Source: Fidelibacterota bacterium
Lineage (GTDB): Bacteria; Fidelibacterota; UBA2242
Direction of reading: 5' to 3'
Assembly: GCA_049975265.1 (NCBI GenBank)
Contig: JBNGDF010000013.1
Location: forward strand, 43,056-66,993
DNA: 23,938 nt
Below are positions 16,809 to 23,938 of the stretch, piece by piece. Within the stretch, counting starts at the first letter, position 1. Each line of letters starts with the position of its first letter. The notes beneath the pieces were generated by a model that had not been told where the DNA came from, did not search any database, and was given only the letters and a program-made list of their open reading frames with translations. The position numbers were made by a program, and so were the translations under genes.

Positions 16809-18683
16809 CTAATCAAATCTCAGCAGGGCAACCGTACCGTCCATCGCCGTCGCCACGACCCGTCTCCCATCGAGTGGAACAACGGTATTAATCAGGGCAA
16901 CACTGAGGCGGTGGATACCGATCGTCTCTCCGGTTTCCGCGTTCAGGGCATAAATATAGCCGTCCTTAGTGCCGAAGAAAAGGGTGCCCTCCTTCTCCAC
17001 CGGCATTGACGGATCAATATCATAACCGTAACCGACGTTTTCAATCCAGACTGGCTTTAATTCACCTGCTTTCGGAGCAATGGCAATTACTGTATCCCAC
17101 ATCGTTCGGGCATAAATAACTGATTTATCCTGTGAAATACCGATTGTCTCGCGAACTTTGAATTTATTCGACCTCCAGAGCGTTTCTCCGTTGCGGGCAT
17201 TAATACAGGATAAATACCGATCCGGCGCTGCGATAAACACCTTATTCATCGTCGCAACCGGCCAGACCGCCGCCGGAGAATAGAGAGTCCCCGGTAGACC
17301 AGCCGCCCATTTCCAGCGCAGCCGACCGGTCTTTTTTTCCAAAGCATAGAGGTGCTCATCCCAGGCACCGAAAATGACCAGATTTTTATAAATACACGGT
17401 TTCGCTTCCACGTACCCCGGAACGCCTTCGTATTCCCAGGTCAATTTTCCGGTATTCAGATTCAGGCAGCGAAACTTACCGTCGCTGGCGCCAACAAAAA
17501 CCCGTTTTTTTTCAAGCGCCGGAATTGATACCAGCGGTGCAGTAGTTTTATATTGCCAGTGCAACCTGCCGTTTTTTTCATCCAGACAGTAAACAGAGGA
17601 ATCGGTGGATGTGATCACAATCTGCCCTTTGCTAACCGCCGGAGTGGAATAAATCGCCTGCCCGGTCTGAAAACGCCAGACCGGCTCACCACTCGCCAAA
17701 CTATAGGCTTGCACCGCCCCGGAAGCGTTTGCCACGACAACGATATTCCGCCCGACCGCCGGTGACCCGGCTATCGCCCAACCGGTTTTGCGCATCCAGA
17801 CCGGTCTGACACCGGGATATTCCTGATTGACGCTGAAATCGGGTCGCTGATAATGAGTGGAATCCGCCCGCCAGTTGTGGGTTTTGAGCGGCAGCGTCGC
17901 CCAGGGAGCCTGAACTGTACCATCCAGATGGCGTTCCTGAAACAGGACCGAATCCGGTCGCACGGTCACAACGGTATAGCCGCCGGATTCGTCGCGCCCC
18001 CGCAACAGGGAGCGGCTCATCACGCCGGGAATGCTTTCGTAATTGGTCAGACGGTTACGGTGTCCATGCCCGTGCAGAATCGCCTGAATGTTGTAGTTTT
18101 TTATAATTGATACAACTTCAAACCAGTTACTGACCGACTCATCCAGCGGATAATGATTGATCAGAAAAATAGGTTGAGTGTGATCGGGAATTTCCGCCAG
18201 TATTTTTTTCAGCCAGCGGAGTTTGTCGGGCGTGACATAGCCGTCGCCCATGCGCAGCAGCGGTCCCTGATCGAACCCGATGAAGCGAATGCCCTGATAT
18301 TCAAAATTAAATCTATCTTCCCCGAAAAGCGCGGCGTATTTCCGGGTGCCTGATGCCGACCACTTTGTATCGTGATTGCCGGGAATGATGTAATACGGCA
18401 GGCGCAAGTGACTCAGAATCGCAGCCGCCGTATCTAAGCAGCCACCGATATCATACTCGGTGATATCACCGGAGATGATTGTGAAAGCGAGGTTCTCCCG
18501 AGAATTGACATCCGCCACCGCCAGACGCAAATCTTCCGCTCCGGTTCGTCCGCCCACATGGGTATCCGTCAACCAGGCGAAGCAAAAAGTATCCGATCCT
18601 GATTCCGCCCGCAGCAAACCGCTAATCAGTAAAACCAGTATGACTATTTTTCGATTCACAAGTTTAATACTCCCAATATTCAT
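16809..18683 (-). CDS. Secreted calcineurin-like metallophosphoesterase fused to PQQ/BamB-like beta-propeller repeats
   Basis: TDTHVG, SGDITE, PGNHD, NHYP and HGHGH motifs, followed by repeated S.P.....V..G..DG..Y.L...TG...W units. Confidence 0.92.
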   Translation of the reverse strand: MNIGSIKLVNRKIVILVLLISGLLRAESGSDTFCFAWLTDTHVGGRTGAEDLRLAVADVNSRENLAFTIISGDITEYDIGGCLDTAAAILSHLRLPYYIIPGNHDTKWSASGTRKYAALFGEDRFNFEYQGIRFIGFDQGPLLRMGDGYVTPDKLRWLKKILAEIPDHTQPIFLINHYPLDESVSNWFEVVSIIKNYNIQAILHGHGHRNRLTNYESIPGVMSRSLLRGRDESGGYTVVTVRPDSVLFQERHLDGTVQAPWATLPLKTHNWRADSTHYQRPDFSVNQEYPGVRPVWMRKTGWAIAGSPAVGRNIVVVANASGAVQAYSLASGEPVWRFQTGQAIYSTPAVSKGQIVITSTDSSVYCLDEKNGRLHWQYKTTAPLVSIPALEKKRVFVGASDGKFRCLNLNTGKLTWEYEGVPGYVEAKPCIYKNLVIFGAWDEHLYALEKKTGRLRWKWAAGLPGTLYSPAAVWPVATMNKVFIAAPDRYLSCINARNGETLWRSNKFKVRETIGISQDKSVIYARTMWDTVIAIAPKAGELKPVWIENVGYGYDIDPSMPVEKEGTLFFGTKDGYIYALNAETGETIGIHRLSVALINTVVPLDGRRVVATAMDGTVALLRFD

Positions 18684-18729
18684 TTTCTAAAAAATAGTAA
18701 TCACTTTTGATAAGATAGACAAGAAATAA

Positions 18730-18751
18730 AAATGAAAATTTATTTTCATTT
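18730..18751. promoter_or_regulatory. Inverted repeat in divergent promoter region (candidate operator)
   Basis: AAATGAAAAT-TT-ATTTTCATTT, perfect 10-bp arms, though AT-rich. Confidence 0.4.
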
Positions 18752-18783
18752 CCATATATTACATCAATTACAGAAGGAATATT

Positions 18784-19704
18784 ATGAGCAGGAAACCAAC
18801 TCCCCAAAAACCAATAAGCCGTCTTGAGATGGAAAGAGATATGGCTGATCTGACCAAACATCTGGAATCGCAAAGTTTCGCATCCATCGAAGAGGCTAAC
18901 GCCTATCTCCAAACATTTGTTGGGAAAAAAATCGGGACTGGCACAAAGAAAAAAAAGACCAACAAGGACAAAGCCTTTGATCTGATTATTGAAGCCGAAG
19001 ATGCATCTCTATATCGGGGAACCAAACTGGCGCACAAAGCCCTTGAACTCGATCCCGAATGCGTTGACGCCTACAATTATCTGGCTGATCATGCCGACAG
19101 TCTGGAAAATGCCATGCAACTTTTTCAAAAAGGCGTGACTATCGGCAGACAAGCGCTTGGCGAGGACTATTTCGCCGAAAATACCGGCTGTTTCTGGGGA
19201 CTCCATGAAACCCGTCCGTATATGCGGGCAAAAGAAGGCTATGCCCGGACATTGGCGATGAGTGAACGTTATAAGGAAGCCATTGGGGAATACCGGGCAA
19301 TGCTGGTGCTGAATCCCACGGATAACCAGGGCATTCGCTTTCTGCTGGCGCCGCTTCTGATCCGACAGAATTTTTTACATGAATATGACACCCTTTTTAA
19401 AGCCTATAAGGACGACGCAAGCACTTCCTGGCTCTTTAACCGGACGCTTTACCTTTATCTGCGGTATGGCGGAGTCGTCCGGACAGTTGCCATGCTGCGC
19501 AAGGCGATTGACTCAAACCCGCATGTCATCGAGCTGCTGATTGGTGAAAAAGATTTGCCTGACACTCCTCCGGAATACTATCGCATGGGTAGTTTTGAAG
19601 AGGCAGTCATCTATTTCGAGGAATCCGCGGCAGCCTGGTACTCCCACGAAAAAGCCCTTTACTGGCTGGCGGACTACTGGACGCGACATTTGAAAATGGA
19701 CTGA
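18784..19704 (+). CDS. TPR-containing hypothetical protein (ST7-like helical repeat family)
   Basis: AHKALELDPECVDAY, FWGLHETRPYMRA, LNPTDNQGIRF, KAIDSNPHV; AAGGA RBS. Confidence 0.75.
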   Translation: MSRKPTPQKPISRLEMERDMADLTKHLESQSFASIEEANAYLQTFVGKKIGTGTKKKKTNKDKAFDLIIEAEDASLYRGTKLAHKALELDPECVDAYNYLADHADSLENAMQLFQKGVTIGRQALGEDYFAENTGCFWGLHETRPYMRAKEGYARTLAMSERYKEAIGEYRAMLVLNPTDNQGIRFLLAPLLIRQNFLHEYDTLFKAYKDDASTSWLFNRTLYLYLRYGGVVRTVAMLRKAIDSNPHVIELLIGEKDLPDTPPEYYRMGSFEEAVIYFEESAAAWYSHEKALYWLADYWTRHLKMD

Positions 19705-19727
19705 TCGGTTTAATCAGTGTTTAGTGT

Positions 19728-20765
19728 TCAGTTTTCACCAAACTTTTCCAGAACACCATCGAACCAGACGATGAGGTCCTTGAGGGCGAAGATGAGGGCG
19801 TTGACCGTGTCGGTCGTCGGCTGAAAACCGGGCGGTGGATGATGTGCACCGAAATCGCTTGAAATTTCGTAAATATTATAGCAGAAATCTTTGATAATCG
19901 AATTCGTATCAAACTGATAATGATTCGTTCTCGTCTCACTGTTATATTGCACCAACCAATTGATGACACTACGGGCTTTGATATTTCTGACATTATCCCA
20001 GCAATCATCTGGAGCGTTTAATTTCTGAGCCGTGACTCTCATAATATTTTCCAGGAGAACTCTTATCGCTCCGAGATTTGTTTGAACATAATCTTTATTG
20101 TTTCTGTTTACCAGAATATACCAAAAACTGTCGCTTACGTTCTCATCAATTCTCTGTTTTAAAATCTCCAGGTACTTCACATTTTCGTGACGAATCAGAA
20201 AAGTCTGCTGATTCTCGATAATGTTCTGAAGGCGGGTGATGTCATTACTATTGGCTTTCTCGATAAAATTTTCCCTGCCAAATTGGTTAAACTCAATATG
20301 ATTCTTCAGATCCTCGGCACCCTTGATTTCACTGTCAAATGAATAGGCTGTTAAAAAATAAAAGCACATTGCTACACTAATCTTTTGGTAAATCAATTTG
20401 TGCAGAAAATAATCGCCTTCCCGCTCGAAAAACTTATCATACTGTGCTTCCGAAAATTTTTGATCAATTGTTCTGACTTCTGCGAAGTCATATTCGGTTA
20501 ACGACAGATTCCGGTCAATGATGAATAATGCATATTTGTTGGCGTTCGTTACGATCTCTTTTAAAGCATCGGGGAAACGGTATTCAATTCTGAAAAGGTC
20601 TTTACGCTCCATAATCGTCTTGATCTGTTCGGGCGTCGCGCCATATTCATCATTTTCCAGGGCTTTTAGTTCATCTTTCTGATTTTTACTCAGGAATTTC
20701 CCAAAGAGCCGGAGCAAGCGGGGAATATTCTTTTCGAGTTCGTCTTCAACAAATAAAATCCTCAT
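19728..20765 (-). CDS. Atypical response regulator: expanded receiver plus a helical C-terminal domain of unknown (HEPN/DUF4145-like?) function
   Basis: Receiver signature VEDE (7-9), IID84RNL, LT139AY and IEK170, with insertions. The C-terminus has R..LE (235-239) and SDFGAH308 and no HTH. ATGA overlap with the kinase gene. Confidence 0.75.
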   Translation of the reverse strand: MRILFVEDELEKNIPRLLRLFGKFLSKNQKDELKALENDEYGATPEQIKTIMERKDLFRIEYRFPDALKEIVTNANKYALFIIDRNLSLTEYDFAEVRTIDQKFSEAQYDKFFEREGDYFLHKLIYQKISVAMCFYFLTAYSFDSEIKGAEDLKNHIEFNQFGRENFIEKANSNDITRLQNIIENQQTFLIRHENVKYLEILKQRIDENVSDSFWYILVNRNNKDYVQTNLGAIRVLLENIMRVTAQKLNAPDDCWDNVRNIKARSVINWLVQYNSETRTNHYQFDTNSIIKDFCYNIYEISSDFGAHHPPPGFQPTTDTVNALIFALKDLIVWFDGVLEKFGEN

Positions 20766-22033
20766 ACCTTACTCCCCTCCCAGAAATTTGGAATTTTAAA
20801 TTTGACGGAATAGATATTTTTCGCATTCTTGATTTCCAGCGCAGTGTTCAGCATCTCGGAAAAGTTTTTCAGAATGACATGTCCCATGCCAGTGGTTTTG
20901 ACTTTTACACGTGGTTTAAACTTATTTTCGACCAATAAGGTTACATACTTTTTATAACCGGAGAATTTTATCCTGATGAAGCGTTTTTCAGGCTCAACGA
21001 AAGCGGAATATTTAACCGCATTCAGGATCATTTCCTGGATGATGGTCAGGAGTTTGACTGCCGAACCCCTGTCATTGCCGATTGCCAGATTTCCAACATC
21101 TTTCAGATCAATGTCAATTTTTAATAAATGCTTTTCAATAAAGGCGGTAATCTCATTTATGCTTTCCTTATCCGTAATCCTTGCCCAGTCACTTTTAGCC
21201 AGATTGAAAGATTCTCTGTCGGAGAAATATTTCTTTGAGAACGTCGAGAAATACTTCGTATCGAACATATTGGCAACCGAATTCTGTAAAGCAATAGTGA
21301 CCATGTCAGACAGGGTTTGCGAGTCGCGCCTCTGATTGTTATGAGCATCGTAGAAAAAATCATTAGCACTGCCTTTCAGGGAATAATTCATCGCATTGGC
21401 TAATTCACGCACAATATTGGTACCCCGCAAGGCAGCATCAATCGTGGACTGGAGATACTCTTTAGCTTCCTTGAGATTTTCAAGAGGGTCTACGACAGTG
21501 CCGATGATATTCTTGATTGAATGTGACAAGTCAGCGATGACCTTTTTACGCTCTTCGAGACGGGCAAGGAGCTCTTTAAAGTGCATTTCAGATTCTACTA
21601 TATCTTGCATTTCCCAAGCTAAAGGATAACCCATACAAAGTTCAAAATCAATAGTACTTGCTTCGGAAAAAAGTTCTTTAGCAATATCAAATTGCTTATT
21701 TTCAACCAATATATTTTTTAAAGATTCAAGTTTTTTAAAATCCTCTTCTGAATTAATATCGGAAACAATTTTTGATAGACAATCACGGGCTTGTGAAAAT
21801 TTACCTAACTTAATATATATCTCTCCAAGCAGAAAATTGGCATCATATGAAATCGGATCGTTTGATAGAAATAATTTTAAGTGATTGATTGCTGAAGAGT
21901 ATTTTTTTAGATTGTATTCTATTAGGCCTTGGTAATAATTAAGTAAATTCGGATTATTATTAATATCTTCTTCAATATCTGCGAAAAAACTTTCAGCCGT
22001 TGTTTGTGCTGATTTTTTTAGTTCATCTGTCAT
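20762..22033 (-). CDS. Soluble TPR-sensor histidine kinase-like protein (GHKL ATPase)
   Basis: Two TPR-like repeats (YYQGLIEY..KKYSSAI; ANFLLGEIY..LGKFSQA), H-box LSH171SIKN, N-box EMILNAVKY, G2-like TTGMG. No DxGxG (VEN instead) and no TM helix. Confidence 0.8.
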   Translation of the reverse strand: MTDELKKSAQTTAESFFADIEEDINNNPNLLNYYQGLIEYNLKKYSSAINHLKLFLSNDPISYDANFLLGEIYIKLGKFSQARDCLSKIVSDINSEEDFKKLESLKNILVENKQFDIAKELFSEASTIDFELCMGYPLAWEMQDIVESEMHFKELLARLEERKKVIADLSHSIKNIIGTVVDPLENLKEAKEYLQSTIDAALRGTNIVRELANAMNYSLKGSANDFFYDAHNNQRRDSQTLSDMVTIALQNSVANMFDTKYFSTFSKKYFSDRESFNLAKSDWARITDKESINEITAFIEKHLLKIDIDLKDVGNLAIGNDRGSAVKLLTIIQEMILNAVKYSAFVEPEKRFIRIKFSGYKKYVTLLVENKFKPRVKVKTTGMGHVILKNFSEMLNTALEIKNAKNIYSVKFKIPNFWEGSKV

Positions 22034-22057
22034 AGATTACCTAACATTGAATTATTT

Positions 22058-22075
22058 AAGATTTTCGAAAATCTT
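22058..22075. promoter_or_regulatory. Perfect 18-bp palindrome in the kinase leader
   Basis: AAGATTTTC|GAAAATCTT, 24 nt upstream of the start codon. Confidence 0.5.
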
Positions 22076-22135
22076 TACATCTCTTTTTTACCAGTTATCA
22101 TGTTTATCACTTTCACGAATATAATATGCACAAAT

Positions 22136-22164
22136 ATAATACCAAGAATCAATGAGTTTGTCAA
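22136..22164 (-). promoter_or_regulatory. Near-consensus sigma70 promoter for the kinase-receiver cassette
   Basis: TTGACA (22164-22159), 17 nt, TATTAT (22141-22136) with TGn extended -10. Confidence 0.7.
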
Positions 22165-22366
22165 ATATGATTTTTGTCGTCGGGTGGCTGTATTGTTCAA
22201 TTGCTATTTGGAATGATCACAGGCTCGACCTTCGTAAAATCATTTATTCCCGAGCGTAAGGATTTTTACGAATTACTGGTGTGTCAATCTTTATACAACC
22301 ATGCAAATTGAAACCCCGCCTTTAAAAATACAAGGTTGTATTTAAAACTGTGATAATGATTTTTTA

Positions 22367-22395
22367 TTGCGGTAATACCGGTAATACCGTATATT
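22367..22395 (+). promoter_or_regulatory. TA promoter with tandem palindromic operator
   Basis: TTGCGG-17-TATATT, overlapped by GGTAATACC twice (22371-22379, 22380-22388); each copy is a GGTA-N-TACC palindrome. Confidence 0.7.
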
Positions 22396-22419
22396 ACCAA
22401 CAGGATTTTTGGAGTTAAT

Positions 22420-22635
22420 ATGAAACCGGTAACCTTTAAAATTGATGAAGAACTTATTAGTGAGATTGACGCTCTGGCGCAGGAAGTCCACGAGAACCGC
22501 AGTTCGCTGATCAAGAAAGCCATCACATTCTATCTTGACAATTACGATGGCGTCATCGCCAAAGCCCGGCAGGATGATCCGGACAGCGTTATGATCGCAC
22601 ATGAAGATGTGCTGAAAGAATATGGGCTCCTGTAA
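22420..22635 (+). CDS. Ribbon-helix-helix (CopG-like) antitoxin
   Basis: MKPVTFKIDEEL..EID.LA....NRSSLIKKAI, acidic C-terminus (HEDVLKE), GGAG RBS, overlaps the toxin gene. Confidence 0.88.
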   Translation: MKPVTFKIDEELISEIDALAQEVHENRSSLIKKAITFYLDNYDGVIAKARQDDPDSVMIAHEDVLKEYGLL

Positions 22636-22882
22636 AATTCAGTGGGATTCACGGGCGCTAAAGGAGCTGCGTAAACTTCCGCAGGAAACCGCTGTTCGTA
22701 TTTTAAAAGCCGTTAGCGGTCTAACCGATGATCCTTTGTCCGGGCTACCTCTTAAAGGTGCATTTCAGGATTTTCGTAAATTGCGCGTTGGTGAATATCG
22801 CGTCATCTATTCATTTCTGAAAGATGTTGCTATAATTCAAATTTTGCGGGTAGCGTACCGGCAGGAAGTCTACCGTTCGTAA
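22622..22882 (+). CDS. relE: RelE/ParE family type II toxin
   Basis: ALKELRKL, PLKG, RKLRVGEYRVIY, VAYRQEVY. Confidence 0.88.
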   Translation: MGSCKIQWDSRALKELRKLPQETAVRILKAVSGLTDDPLSGLPLKGAFQDFRKLRVGEYRVIYSFLKDVAIIQILRVAYRQEVYRS

Positions 22883-23016
22883 AAATTACTTTTTACCGCA
22901 AAGGCGCAAAGACACTAAGATTTAATACGTTTAGTACTTTTCAGGTAAAACCCTCGAATTTCCCATCATAGACTCCTGTTGCAGAATTCGGGGGGCACTC
23001 TCAAAAGGACTATCCG

Positions 23017-23036
23017 AAAACCGTTTCAACGGTTTT
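23017..23036. terminator. Short palindrome directly after the sigma-54 activator stop (terminator or REP-like)
   Basis: AAAACCGTT-TC-AACGGTTTT. Confidence 0.45.
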
Positions 23037-23938
23037 TATTCCTTGTTAAGGTCCAGTTTTCTCAGTCGGGCGCGGAAAGTGGCGGGCTCTAAGCCCAGCA
23101 ACTGCGCCGCGGCAGCCGCATTGCCGTTGGTTTGGCGCAAAGCCGCCTGATAGTATTGGGGAATGATGTCATTATCGAGATCAACGCCTTCGGGTGGAAT
23201 TGAGATAGCGGTAGATTTATCAGTCAGTTCGATAATATGCAGATGTTCCGCAGTGATTTCATCACCCGGATAGACAAAGGCGGCGGCGAGCGCGCTTTTC
23301 AGTTGGCGGATGTTACCCGACCAATGGTAATTCCGAATTTTATCGAGCGCGGATTCTGTCAGGTATTTCCGTTTGTCCTGGAATTGATTGAGCGCTTTTA
23401 CCAGACTTTGTGCGACTAAAATTTTGTCGTTCCCGCGTTCACGCAAAGGCGGCAGAAAAATTTCAGTTTGAACCAAGCGGTAGAAAAGGTCTTCGCGAAA
23501 CTGACCGTCCTTGATCATTTGGCGCAGATTTTTGTTGGAAGCCGAGATCACCCGGACATTGATCTTTTCCTCTTTGCCGCCGACAACCTGGATTGTACCG
23601 TAATCCAGAAAACGGAGCAATTTGACCTGCATCTCCAGCGGCAGATCACCGATTTCATCAAGAAATATGCTACCCTGATCAGCGAGTTTGAATTTGCCCT
23701 CTTTATCTGCGATTGCACCGGTAAAACTGCCTCTTTTATGCCCGAAGAACTCACTTTCAAACAGCTGCGGACTGATAGCGCCGCAATTGACTTTAACCAG
23801 GGGTTTTTCACGTCGTCCGCTCGTGTAGTGTAACGCTTCAGCGACTAATTCCTTCCCGGTGCCGCTTTCGCCGCTGATGAAAACCGGAAGTCCAGCATCC
23901 GCCAGCAGGCGGATTTTTTCTTTGACCGATTGAATCGC
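23036..23938 (-). CDS. Sigma-54-dependent enhancer-binding protein (AAA+ plus Fis-type HTH), 5' end outside the window
   Basis: Frame is open to the window edge: GESGTGKE, VNCGA, ESEFFGH.RGSFTGA, FLDEIGD, QVKLLR, FREDLFYRL, PPLRER, WSGNIRQL, GN...AA.LLGL. Confidence 0.93.
   Translation of the reverse strand, partial: AIQSVKEKIRLLADAGLPVFISGESGTGKELVAEALHYTSGRREKPLVKVNCGAISPQLFESEFFGHKRGSFTGAIADKEGKFKLADQGSIFLDEIGDLPLEMQVKLLRFLDYGTIQVVGGKEEKINVRVISASNKNLRQMIKDGQFREDLFYRLVQTEIFLPPLRERGNDKILVAQSLVKALNQFQDKRKYLTESALDKIRNYHWSGNIRQLKSALAAAFVYPGDEITAEHLHIIELTDKSTAISIPPEGVDLDNDIIPQYYQAALRQTNGNAAAAAQLLGLEPATFRARLRKLDLNKE

Noticed and set aside
23468..23833. Plus-strand 121-aa ORF
   Set aside because: Typical antisense shadow of the conserved sigma-54 activator AAA+ domain.

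Overview
Bacterial genomic window with no rRNA, tRNA, CRISPR array or intact transposase. The left two-thirds is mostly housekeeping. It opens with a minus-strand operon of an SDR, fni and a secreted UshA-like protein. The ORF track splits that last gene in two, but it reads as one CDS through an in-frame TGA in a C-G-U motif followed by a SECIS-like hairpin, so it is a probable selenoprotein. Next come an arylamine N-acetyltransferase-like gene, DUF4416, an ECF sigma / ZAS anti-sigma / duplicated-domain exported protein operon, a second SDR, an MFS transporter and a stand-alone receiver. These are followed by a cation:proton antiporter with a PTS-IIA/PII-like fusion partner, yjbQ and a C69 dipeptidase. 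The right third (~15.2-23.9 kb) looks accessory or defence-related. It holds an AbiEi/AbiEii type IV toxin-antitoxin pair, a metallophosphoesterase-beta-propeller, a TPR protein and an RHH-RelE type II toxin-antitoxin pair. It also holds an AT-rich two-gene cassette of a soluble TPR-histidine kinase and a receiver fused to a non-DNA-binding, HEPN/DUF4145-like tail, reminiscent of Detocs. A truncated sigma-54 activator ends the window. Several intergenic regions carry REP-like palindromes and short-period repeats. All family calls come from motif recognition by eye; no searches were run.
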